Source: an uncultured bacterium
GTDB taxonomy: Bacteria; Babelota; Babeliae; Babelales; Babelaceae
Length of the DNA stretch: 64,000 nt
Assembly: GCA_963713855.1 (NCBI GenBank)
Contig: OY970209.1
Coordinates: 320,001 to 384,000, forward strand
Reading direction: 5' to 3'
Every line of letters starts with the position of its first letter. The first letter of the stretch is position 1. Under the pieces are notes generated by a model. That model was given only the letters and a program-made list of their open reading frames with translations, searched no databases and had not been told where the DNA came from. Below are positions 31,084 through 39,750 of this stretch, piece by piece. Made by a program: the position numbers and the translations under genes.

Positions 31084-31878
31084 ATGAAAAAAAGAATTCT
31101 CGTTACTGGTGCCGGATCTGGATTTGGTGAAGGCACTGCTATCGGTCTTGCCAAAAAAGGGCATGACGTTATTGCTGGTGTGCATATATGGCCACAAGCT
31201 ACCAGAATGCGTAACGAGGTAAAATCGCTTGGGCTTCGTAATTTGCGTGTAGAAAAACTTGATATTCTTGATCCTGTAGACGTTGCTAACGCATTACATT
31301 GGGACATTGATATTCTTGTCAACAATGCTGCGATTGGTTATGGTGGCCCTGTTTCGGAAATTCCATTGGAGCTCATTCGCCAAACATTTGAGACAAACCT
31401 TTTTGGTAGTCTCGATCTGGCCCAGAAATTTATACGCAAGTTTGTCGACCAAAAACGCCCGGGCAAAATTGTATTTACAAGCTCAATTGCCGGACTATTG
31501 CCCGCACCTGGCTTTGGCCCCTATGCTGCCTCAAAACATGCCTTAGAGTGCATTGCTGAAAACCTCCAGCACGAATTAAAGCCTTACAATATCCAGGTCC
31601 AAACAATCAACCCGGCTGCGTATCGTACAGGATTTAATGATACTATGTGCGAAACAACATCACACTGGATGGATGACAAAAAGAACTTTCACAAAAAGGC
31701 TGATGTTGAAAAACTTTTAAAGCCAACCTTGGACAATCAGCTTGACCCGAAGGAGATGATTGAGGCAATGATTTCGATCATTCCTGCTGATTCTGGTAAA
31801 TTCCGCAATGTAGTTCCAAAAGCTGCCGAGGATTTTCTTAAAAAGTGGCAAGCAGATGCCTGGAAAAACGAGATCTAA
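31084..31878 (+). CDS. Short-chain dehydrogenase/reductase
   Basis: TGAGSGFG, NNAAIG, YAASK. Confidence 0.95.
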   Translation: MKKRILVTGAGSGFGEGTAIGLAKKGHDVIAGVHIWPQATRMRNEVKSLGLRNLRVEKLDILDPVDVANALHWDIDILVNNAAIGYGGPVSEIPLELIRQTFETNLFGSLDLAQKFIRKFVDQKRPGKIVFTSSIAGLLPAPGFGPYAASKHALECIAENLQHELKPYNIQVQTINPAAYRTGFNDTMCETTSHWMDDKKNFHKKADVEKLLKPTLDNQLDPKEMIEAMISIIPADSGKFRNVVPKAAEDFLKKWQADAWKNEI

Positions 31879-31892
31879 TATTAAGGAAATAA

Positions 31893-31991
31893 TGGCGTCG
31901 AATTATAGACATGTTCAGAAACGGTGAAGTAGATTTTGATTTTACATCGAATGCTATTCAGACTGTTCTTTCAACTCTCCATATCGAATAA
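31893..31991 (+). repeat. Putative attL scar 1: tRNA-Glu 3'-end match plus recombinase-like C-terminal tail
   Basis: TGGCGTC identical to 36169-36175; reads WRRIIDMFRNGEVDFDFTSNAIQTVLSTLHIE*; related copy at 34865. Confidence 0.55.
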
Positions 31992-32313
31992 ATAGAAAAA
32001 ACTGCTACGAAGTTAATTAGCTTATATCTTTAAAAGCTATATTAGCGCCGAGGATGGTCATACCACATCAGAGGTCAAAAAAATATCTCTTCTTAAGAAG
32101 TGCTTAATACTAATATTGTTACATTTTCAACAATGTGAGGCTGCACTTCAAGCTAAATATGAAGATCAGACAAATTCTTGGAGATTTTCTCTTCAAGTGC
32201 TATTATATACAATTATTTAGCCATTACAAAAACGCTATAACAGAGCATCATCTCGCCAATATAGAGTATATTAATCAATTTTTTAATTTATTTAACCTGA
32301 GTTCTACAAGAGT

Positions 32314-34848
32314 ATGTTCTTCAATCGAATTATTACGATTTGTACGTTTCTTTTTGCCATAACTGCATTTGCTCAAGAAACGCCAAAACCGATCCAACTT
32401 CTGCCACACCAACAGTATCCGATTGATTATCTGGTCAAGAACAAAAATGCAAAGGGCCTGATTGTCAATCATTATATGGGCACTGGAAAAACTTACCTAG
32501 GAATTGGATTTGCGGAGCGCTTTCCCGATAAGTCCATTGTGATTTTGGCGCCCAGATTTATTGAAGCACATTGGCAACAACACCTCAGAGATTTTCCTGC
32601 CAAGGACCTGAAGCGATACCAATTTGTTTCTTACAACAATGCTCCCAAATTGCTTTTGAACAAGGACCTTAGCAACACCGTCGTAATCATGGATGAAGTT
32701 CATAACCTCATCAAAATGATAAAATCGCCAAACCCAGAGGAAAATCGTCGCCTTAGCGATCTCTATATCCATTTGCGCAGCGCATATAAAATTCTCGCAT
32801 TATCAGGCACGCCGATTTACAACGATGAATACGATTTTGCTTATTTGATTAACCTCATCTCCGGAAAAGATTTGATGCCTTTTAACGAGGAACAGTTTCG
32901 AATTGATTATACACGCATCAAGAAAGGTCGCTCATTTTGGCGCGGCTATGTCTTTGAAAGCAATATCTTAAAGCAGGTCCTTCCGCTGATCGTGGGGGCG
33001 GCCGTGGCGCCACTTGTAATCGTCGCTGGACCGGAAGTTGCAGCGCCTTTGGGAATCGCGGGCGTAGTGGGTGCGGTTCTTATTTTTCCACTGGAAACCA
33101 ATTGGATAGCTCCCATCGAAACACATCCTCTAAGAGATCTCGATGCCAAGAAATTTGAACCCTTCATTTCACGGTACGTTTCATTTTACGAAATCGAGAA
33201 CCTTGACATGTCCGACTTTCCATCAAAAACGATGCACGTCGAAGACGTCGACTACAACACTGAACAGTTCTGGTTCTTTTTGAACTTCGCCGAAAAGAGC
33301 TTAGGAAATAAAGGTCTTGCACGACTGTACAAAGACATCGATCCCAATCTTGAACAAAGCTATTTGACACTAAACACGACCGTGCTTCAAGACCGCTTGG
33401 CAAGCACCATTGGATCTGGACGCGAAATTGGTAACCTTGAATTTTTAGGCGAACACGGCCTCATTGAAGCGCCCAAGTTTGAACGAGTGCTTCGCAAGAT
33501 GCAGGCACAAGGTATGCCCAAATCAGTTGTGTATTCGAATTATTTTGAAAATGGCACTTTAGCCTTCGCGCGCTTCCTCGATCGAAAGGGCTTAAACAAC
33601 GCCTATGCCATTTTGCGACCAGATATGCCGGCCAACACCTTTGCCGAAGTAATTCAAAAATATAACGAGGGCCTCGTAAAGATCCTCTTGATGCATCCAG
33701 AAATCACCGAGGGAATCTCACTCAAGGGAACACGTCAATTTCATGTGCTCGAGCCTGTAAGCAATCTTACCGTTCTTAACCAGGTTGTTGCACGCGCCGT
33801 ACGCTACCAATCACATGCAATGCTTGCCCCTTCAGAGCGCCATGTCGACGTCTATATGTGGAAATCTGTGATTGCTTCAGCAAGTCTTCAAACACTGAAA
33901 TTGCAGAAGTTCAATTGGTTTAAGCGCTACTCGGAAATGAGTGACTGGAGCAATTTTGGACAAGGCATTTCGCAAATCGATAAAAACTATGATCGAAAGC
34001 GACTCTCACCGGATACTCAAAGCTATCTTCATTTGGAATCAGTGAACCAGAATATTGAAAACCTCAAAAACATCATGAAGCAACAGTCGATTGAAAAGAG
34101 TAACGGGACAAAGAAAGCGCAACTTCAGCCAACTACAGCACTCTCGGACGTCCAAACAGCCTTTGAGCTTGATCCCATTATACTTCCAAAGACAAATTTT
34201 CGCGTGTTTTGGAATCTCAATCAAAAATTGGTCAGACACGATCAAAGTCACGCACTTACCAATGGGTTTGGTTTCAACTGTGAAGTTGAAATCCCGCTTT
34301 GGGAGCATCTTTCATCTGGCTTCTATATTGAAGACTACTGGGGACAAAAACTTAAAGAGCCCATGCCCGACCTCATTGATCCGGCTGGGCACTTGTTACG
34401 GGAACATGGACCTCGCCAAAATGTTCTCGGTTTTGGTGGATTTTTGAAAACACAGCAGCGTTTGCCTCCAACTTTTGGCAACTCGGCCTTGATCCTTCGC
34501 GTACCACTGGGCATCGAAATTGTCTTTGGTCAAGCGCTCATTCCACTCATAAAAGATCAAAAAGACCTCGACCAGTTCTTGAGACCTGGTTGGCGATCCA
34601 TCCGCACTGGCTTTTCATCTGCCAAGCTTGGCTATGGCCTAACAAGCGGTCTTTCTGTCGGATTCGAATATTATCCGATGGAATTTGTGGGTTTATACGT
34701 CGATGGTGGTTATCGAGTGTCATACCAGACGTTCCCTATTACTGTCTCGCAAGAAAACGAAACCACGAATCAAAACACGTTTGAGGGGTTTCGCGGGTAT
34801 TTGATCCAGGGATGGAATGTTTCGATCGGTATTAAGCTAACGTATTGA
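32314..34848 (+). CDS. Signal peptide + SF2 (SNF2/NPH-I-like) helicase + C-terminal beta-barrel fusion protein
   Basis: Signal ending AFA; HYMGTGKT, DEVHN, LSGTP, EGISLKGTRQFHVLEP, QVVARAVRYQSH; amphipathic strands ending VSIGIKLTY. Confidence 0.85.
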   Translation: MFFNRIITICTFLFAITAFAQETPKPIQLLPHQQYPIDYLVKNKNAKGLIVNHYMGTGKTYLGIGFAERFPDKSIVILAPRFIEAHWQQHLRDFPAKDLKRYQFVSYNNAPKLLLNKDLSNTVVIMDEVHNLIKMIKSPNPEENRRLSDLYIHLRSAYKILALSGTPIYNDEYDFAYLINLISGKDLMPFNEEQFRIDYTRIKKGRSFWRGYVFESNILKQVLPLIVGAAVAPLVIVAGPEVAAPLGIAGVVGAVLIFPLETNWIAPIETHPLRDLDAKKFEPFISRYVSFYEIENLDMSDFPSKTMHVEDVDYNTEQFWFFLNFAEKSLGNKGLARLYKDIDPNLEQSYLTLNTTVLQDRLASTIGSGREIGNLEFLGEHGLIEAPKFERVLRKMQAQGMPKSVVYSNYFENGTLAFARFLDRKGLNNAYAILRPDMPANTFAEVIQKYNEGLVKILLMHPEITEGISLKGTRQFHVLEPVSNLTVLNQVVARAVRYQSHAMLAPSERHVDVYMWKSVIASASLQTLKLQKFNWFKRYSEMSDWSNFGQGISQIDKNYDRKRLSPDTQSYLHLESVNQNIENLKNIMKQQSIEKSNGTKKAQLQPTTALSDVQTAFELDPIILPKTNFRVFWNLNQKLVRHDQSHALTNGFGFNCEVEIPLWEHLSSGFYIEDYWGQKLKEPMPDLIDPAGHLLREHGPRQNVLGFGGFLKTQQRLPPTFGNSALILRVPLGIEIVFGQALIPLIKDQKDLDQFLRPGWRSIRTGFSSAKLGYGLTSGLSVGFEYYPMEFVGLYVDGGYRVSYQTFPITVSQENETTNQNTFEGFRGYLIQGWNVSIGIKLTY

Positions 34849-34864
34849 GGGATCGACTTACCCT

Positions 34865-34941
34865 ATGTTCAGAAATGGCAAAATCTAAATTTTACGTTGA
34901 GCCAGATTCAGACAGCTTTTTCAGCGCTAGACATCGAGTAA
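34865..34941 (+). repeat. Degenerate second copy of the recombinase-tail relic (putative att scar 2)
   Basis: ATGTTCAGAAA..ATTTTAC..ATTCAGAC..TTTCA..ATCGAxTAA aligns with 31911-31991; reads MFRNGKI / NFTLSQIQTAFSALDIE*. Confidence 0.6.
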
Positions 34942-35298
34942 GTAGCTAAGAGTCAGCAACATACTAACCGAGCCCAAGATCATTGCTGTTTATCTATACG
35001 CACCCCTCTGGCAATAGCCCAGCTTATACATCCTAAACTGCTATTGACCAAGCATTTACCAAACTCTTTGGTATTGCACAAGATTTACGTTGCACTTTTT
35101 TTCCATATGAACATTAGACAGCAGGTAATAACGAGTAAAAAATATCTTGTTTTAACGGGGTCGGAAGAAAACCATTGAAGGTACTTCAATAATCAAAACT
35201 GGCGTGAGCCGGCGGACGGGGCTAAACAACAATCTGTTGTAAGACCTCTCAAAATTTGATACTATCTAAATATATAAAGATTGGGTTTAAGCAGTTCC

Positions 35299-35634
35299 AT
35301 GAAAAGACAAATAATTGAGGCCAGAGAATTTATGAAAGAAATAGACAGCCTCATTGCTAAGAAAAAGCTAATAAATAGCGATTTTGAGACTTTAAAAAAC
35401 TATCTTGCTCAAAATCCTACTGAGGGCGATTTGATCAGAGGTAGTGGAGGTCTTAGAAAAATAAGGTTAAAAGCCCCAGACAAAGGTAAAAGTGGCGGAT
35501 TCAGGGTATACTATTACGATGATGCCAATAATAGAATTATCTGGCTATTATGGCTGCACCCAAAGAGTGAACAAGAAAATATTACAGCTCAAGAAAAAAG
35601 TATTTTAAAAAAGACCATAAAGGAATTGCTATGA
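35299..35634 (+). CDS. Type II toxin, RelE/HigB family
   Basis: NPTEGDLIRGSGGLRKIRL, GKSGGFRVYYY, PKSEQENIT. Confidence 0.92.
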   Translation: MKRQIIEAREFMKEIDSLIAKKKLINSDFETLKNYLAQNPTEGDLIRGSGGLRKIRLKAPDKGKSGGFRVYYYDDANNRIIWLLWLHPKSEQENITAQEKSILKKTIKELL

Positions 35635-35912
35635 GCAAACTTTTTGAGAAGCTTATGAAAGGCCTAGAAGATGTCGCTGACCATAAAAAAGGCAAGCTCA
35701 ATCTACGCACAACAACTATCGAAATTTCCGATTCAGCATCTAAACAAAAAAGAGCATCTCGCAGTTCTTCGACAAGCAAAAAAGCCTTAAACAAAGTTCA
35801 TGTGCCTTTAAATATTGAGATTCCGTCCGGTCTTCATAGAAGATTGCAGGAAGAAGCTTCTGAATGTGGCATAAGCTTTAACTCCCTTATCATAGAAAAA
35901 CTAGCAAGATAA
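35631..35912 (+). CDS. Putative antitoxin: HigA-like N-terminus fused to HicB-like RHH C-terminus
   Basis: ATGA overlap with toxin; MSKLFEKLMKGLEDV...GKLNLRT; LNIEIPSGLHRRLQEEASECGISFNSLIIEKL. Confidence 0.7.
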   Translation: MSKLFEKLMKGLEDVADHKKGKLNLRTTTIEISDSASKQKRASRSSSTSKKALNKVHVPLNIEIPSGLHRRLQEEASECGISFNSLIIEKLAR

Positions 35913-35919
35913 AGCAGAA

Positions 35920-36150
35920 TTGATTATGAATAAGCAATTAGCAGATCAGCTCAATATTGACTTAGATCCGGGTCTGCTTCTTAAAGACCTTCGATTGCAC
36001 AAAAAATATACGCAAGCATATCTATCTCAACTAATTGGCACATCAGCAAACAATATCTCCTCAATGGAGCGAGGCAAACGTCCTATTGGCAAAAAAACAG
36101 CCCAAAAACTTGCAGCTATATTCAAAATTAAATATCAATGTTTTTTATGA
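35920..36150 (+). CDS. XRE-family helix-turn-helix protein
   Basis: LKDLRLHKKYTQAYLSQLIGTSANNISSMERGKRPIGKKTAQKLA. Confidence 0.88.
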   Translation: MIMNKQLADQLNIDLDPGLLLKDLRLHKKYTQAYLSQLIGTSANNISSMERGKRPIGKKTAQKLAAIFKIKYQCFL

Positions 36151-36168
36151 GAAGTTCCAATAAATAAG

Positions 36169-36246
36169 TGGCGTCCCTAAGGGGATTTGAACCCCTGTTT
36201 TCGCCGTGAAAGGGCGATGTCCTGGACCGGGCTAGACGATAGGGAC
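36169..36246 (-). tRNA. tRNA-Glu(TTC)
   Basis: GTCCCTA/TAGGGAC acceptor stem, anticodon loop CTTTCAC, GGTTCAAATCC T-arm, encoded CCA. Confidence 0.97.
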
Positions 36247-36256
36247 TTTCAAGAAA

Positions 36257-36332
36257 TGGTGAGCCGCGTTGGATTCGAACCAACGACCCACAGCTTAAAA
36301 GGCTGTTGCTCTACCAACTGAGCTAGCGGCTC
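36257..36332 (-). tRNA. tRNA-Lys(TTT)
   Basis: GAGCCGC/GCGGCTC acceptor stem, TAGCTCAGTTGGTAGAGC D-arm, anticodon loop CTTTTAA, GGTTCGAATCC, CCA. Confidence 0.98.
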
Positions 36333-36384
36333 GCTTTCAAGCTGCTTGAAATACAATAGTAGCTCAAGACGCGCTTACTAGAAA

Positions 36385-36412
36385 AGTATAGGCATAACAT
36401 CCTTTTTGTCAA
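36385..36412 (-). promoter_or_regulatory. Sigma70 promoter of tRNA-Lys/tRNA-Glu operon
   Basis: Minus strand TTGACA-16-TATACT about 50 nt upstream of tRNA-Lys. Confidence 0.75.
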
Positions 36413-36472
36413 CAAATCTTAATCCAAAAATGATTTTTCCAATAAGCTCTCTATCGCGTGAATATCGTTCTG

Positions 36473-37840
36473 TCAAGCGCCCAGGGTGGGCAAGATGCGC
36501 TGGCTAATAAGGCAATAGATAAGAAGTCCTATCACGTCAATAAAAGTGGTCAGCAAAGGGCCTGCAGAGTGAGCAGGGTCCATGTTAAGCCTTTTTAGAA
36601 GAAGCGGCATACAAGAACCGAGGGTTATTGAGACGATCACTATCACGGAAAGCGACGTGCTAACAGCAAGGCTTCCCCAAAAGTTTCCATGGGTAATAAA
36701 AATGCGAAAGAATAAAAAGGCACCTAAAATGGTTCCTAAAGCAAGAGCCATGCTAAATTCTCTCCTTATAAATCGTGAGCTCGTCGTTGGGTTGATTTCA
36801 CCCGTCGTCAAACCTTGAATAGCAAGAGCCGATGTTTGGCTGCTTGCATTACCACCAGTACTAATAAGCGTCGAGGTAAAAAGCGTCAAGAAACCGGCAA
36901 GTAGAGTGCTATAATGTTCGATGATAAGACTTGACAAAATTTGAAATACGAGCAACAGAATAAGGATCGAGCTTCTTTGGTATAAAAGCTTATAGAAGGA
37001 GGTCTCAAAATAAGTCCCTTTGATGGGAACTATTGCTGACATGCGGTAAATGTCCTCACCAGCTTCTTCTTCTACGATTTTAACAAGGGCTTCGCTTGAA
37101 ATTACTCCCAAAAATATATTGTTATCCCGCACGACTGGGGCTATCGTAAGTCCATAGTGGATCATCTTTTGAGCTACAGCTTGTCGGTCTTCATGTGCAT
37201 CTACCACAAGCACTGTTGGCCTTAGTATCGATTTCAAACAGGTCTTTGGATGTTTTAATACAAGATCCTCAAGATGAATCGTACCTACAAGCTGGTTGTG
37301 CGCATCGATGACAAAAATATGTTGATGTAAGTCTCTGCTAGGCTGCAGTCTTTGAAGAATCTGGATGCTTTTTTCAACGGTAAAATCGTCTCGCAGGGTA
37401 AGAACGTTTGTTTCCATGATGCCCCCTGCAGATTCCGGATTGAATTGCAAGAGACAAAGCACCTGATCCCGCTCTCGTTTATGGAGAAACTTCAAGTAAT
37501 GGTTTAATTCCTCGTCAGAAAGCTCGTCAAGAAAATCAGTAAGCTCGGTTAAAGGAAGATTACTTAAAAGATACCCGCGGTCAGCTTCCTTAACCGATGC
37601 CAAGCATACTTTTTTTAGATGATCAGTAAGCTCTCTAAAAACATCGAGCTTTTGCGCAGAACTTAATTTAAGAAAAAGCCGCTGTGTAACATCTTCGTCA
37701 AGGAATGAAAATATCTGAGCTATATCAGCTGGATGCAGGCACGTGAGTTCACGCCATAAAACGTCACCCACAGGTGGCTGCTCTTCTAGCACAGCTTGAA
37801 TGTTATCTCTAATCTGCTCAAAGAGCTTATGCGCTTGCAC
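36473..37840 (-). CDS. mgtE: Magnesium transporter MgtE
   Basis: LHPADIA N-domain, ESAGGIM, CBS pair, TGGNASSQ, DPAHSAGPLLTTFIDV; GTG start. Confidence 0.95.
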   Translation of the reverse strand: MQAHKLFEQIRDNIQAVLEEQPPVGDVLWRELTCLHPADIAQIFSFLDEDVTQRLFLKLSSAQKLDVFRELTDHLKKVCLASVKEADRGYLLSNLPLTELTDFLDELSDEELNHYLKFLHKRERDQVLCLLQFNPESAGGIMETNVLTLRDDFTVEKSIQILQRLQPSRDLHQHIFVIDAHNQLVGTIHLEDLVLKHPKTCLKSILRPTVLVVDAHEDRQAVAQKMIHYGLTIAPVVRDNNIFLGVISSEALVKIVEEEAGEDIYRMSAIVPIKGTYFETSFYKLLYQRSSILILLLVFQILSSLIIEHYSTLLAGFLTLFTSTLISTGGNASSQTSALAIQGLTTGEINPTTSSRFIRREFSMALALGTILGAFLFFRIFITHGNFWGSLAVSTSLSVIVIVSITLGSCMPLLLKRLNMDPAHSAGPLLTTFIDVIGLLIYCLISQRILPTLGA

Positions 37841-38041
37841 CAGTCCAACCTTTCACGTCCTTAACCATTTTTGAAGCTGGTTTTCAGCTCATCCTTTTGA
37901 CCTTTTTCAACAGCAAAGAAAAAGGCGTGTAAAAGAGATGCTATTTTTATTTAGACTAAACAATTGGATGGCTATTGTCTATGCGTCATTAACAATCAGA
38001 CTTTCCAAAAGGACGTCCATCCTCTATAATGCATTCGTAGA

Positions 38042-38977
38042 ATGGTCAAAAAGGGCTTTATGACAAATAATAGCAAAGACTACGTATCTATAATTGTTCC
38101 TGAAGGTCATCAACCAATGCGGCTTGATCAATTTCTGTCTAAAACACAGGGCTATTCTCGAAGTTATTTTCATGGCCTTATCAAGCAGGGAAACGTGCTT
38201 GTTAATGGTGTTGTGATGTGCAAATCAAGCACTATTGTTAGGGAACATGATACCATCGCCTTCTCGATTCCTCGATCTGTGCCTGTAGAAAAACAAATCA
38301 TTGAACAACTCGACGTAAAAGTCGTCTACGAAGGCAAAGACTTTCTCGTACTAAATAAACCTGCCGGCCTAGCAGTACATAAGCCTTCTGAAAGTACGCA
38401 ATCGGTAAGCCTGATAGACTGGCTATTACTTTATTACCCTCAGATAGCAACGGTAGGCCAAGCACATAGGCCAGGGATAGTGCACCGACTGGACAAAGAT
38501 ACTTCAGGACTAATACTTATTGCACGCACCCAAGAAGGCTATCAAGGACTCATCGAGCTATTTAAACAACGGCTTATCAGCAAAGTGTACATTGCGCTTG
38601 TTGAAGGGCATCCTTCGAAAGAAGGCACGATTGAACTAAGCATTTATAGGCATCCAATACATCCTTTAAAAATGACATGGCATCAATATACTGGCAGGGA
38701 AGCTATAACACAGTATAAGGTCTTAGAATACCTTGATAAAGCAGCTTTATTAGAACTAAAGCCGCTAACGGGCAGAACGCATCAACTACGCGTTCACTGC
38801 GCAGCTATAGGCCAGCCCATACTGGGAGATTTTCTCTACGGTAAAGCATCACCACTCATTAATCGACAAGCTCTCCATGCACAGCACCTAGCATTCTCGT
38901 TTCGTAACGAATCCTACAGCTTTTTCGCCCCACCACCAGATGACTTTATGAACGCTTTTAGAAAGCTTAAAAAATAA
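38042..38977 (+). CDS. RluA/RluD-family 23S pseudouridine synthase
   Basis: S4 domain RLDQFL, NKPAGLAVH, HRLDKDTSG, TGRTHQLRVH, LHA. Confidence 0.93.
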   Translation: MVKKGFMTNNSKDYVSIIVPEGHQPMRLDQFLSKTQGYSRSYFHGLIKQGNVLVNGVVMCKSSTIVREHDTIAFSIPRSVPVEKQIIEQLDVKVVYEGKDFLVLNKPAGLAVHKPSESTQSVSLIDWLLLYYPQIATVGQAHRPGIVHRLDKDTSGLILIARTQEGYQGLIELFKQRLISKVYIALVEGHPSKEGTIELSIYRHPIHPLKMTWHQYTGREAITQYKVLEYLDKAALLELKPLTGRTHQLRVHCAAIGQPILGDFLYGKASPLINRQALHAQHLAFSFRNESYSFFAPPPDDFMNAFRKLKK

Positions 38978-39123
38978 CTCAATGTCCATCGAGATACAAG
39001 GTGTTAAGACGAGGGCACTTTTACGAAAATATTGCTAATTGTGTTTGTTCTTTAGTAGCATCAGTACTAAGCATGTAAACGCCAGCATCTTTTAAGACAT
39101 CAACCAGGCAAGGGGAGTTGATT

Positions 39124-39735
39124 ATGCTGCGCTCTAGTACATTATGTTTATTACTTAGCTACGGTTTTTTAAGCCAGGGTCAGTTTGTTCAAAACGTTCA
39201 GGCTTATCACAAAAACAAAGCCGAACTTAAAACTCTGGATAAAAAACTCCTGAGTCAAATGGTTGCAAAACTTACTCACCGTAAAGGACCGCTCACACTC
39301 AGAGACATATGTATGTTACACCACTGCATTTATAAGGGAATAAACAATGCCTACGCGGGAAAAATAAGGACCGTTGGCGTAAAAATCAATGGCATGACGC
39401 CCCCCGCAGCATCGCACGTGAGAGTCTTAATGAACCAATTAGTAGGTTGGCTTAAAAATACTCGCGAGCACCCACTCAAAAAGAGTTCTAATTTACACCT
39501 TAAATTTGTCGATATTCATCCTTTTAGGGATGGGAATGGCCGTACTGGTCGTTTACTAGATGCTATCATACTTATGAGGCATGGGTATCCATCTCCTACA
39601 TTCCTTCCAAGCGAGCGAAAGAATTATTGTATGGGCATCAATAAGGCTCTTAGAACTGGCGACAGGCGTTTGTATGAAAAAATTATGTTAAATGCGGTGC
39701 TACGAAGTTTTAAAAACTTAAAGGGTAAATTTTAA
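39124..39735 (+). CDS. Fic-domain protein with signal peptide
   Basis: Canonical HPFRDGNGRTGR; N-terminal MLRSSTLCLLLSYGFLSQG. Confidence 0.9.
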   Translation: MLRSSTLCLLLSYGFLSQGQFVQNVQAYHKNKAELKTLDKKLLSQMVAKLTHRKGPLTLRDICMLHHCIYKGINNAYAGKIRTVGVKINGMTPPAASHVRVLMNQLVGWLKNTREHPLKKSSNLHLKFVDIHPFRDGNGRTGRLLDAIILMRHGYPSPTFLPSERKNYCMGINKALRTGDRRLYEKIMLNAVLRSFKNLKGKF

Positions 39736-39750
39736 AGGGCAAAATGCTAT

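Noticed and set aside
32135..32362. 75-aa ORF upstream of the helicase fusion
   Set aside because: AT-rich, no SD, overlaps the real start; at most a decayed fragment
34980..35153. Minus-strand relic reading KTRYFLLVITCCLMFIW..*..CISWAIARGVRIDKQ (signal plus ankyrin-like)
   Set aside because: Internal stop, no start, too short to support a pseudogene call
35200..35222. TGGCGTGAGCCGGCGGAC as a third att core
   Set aside because: Only 6 bp match the tRNA end and no MFRN-type tail follows
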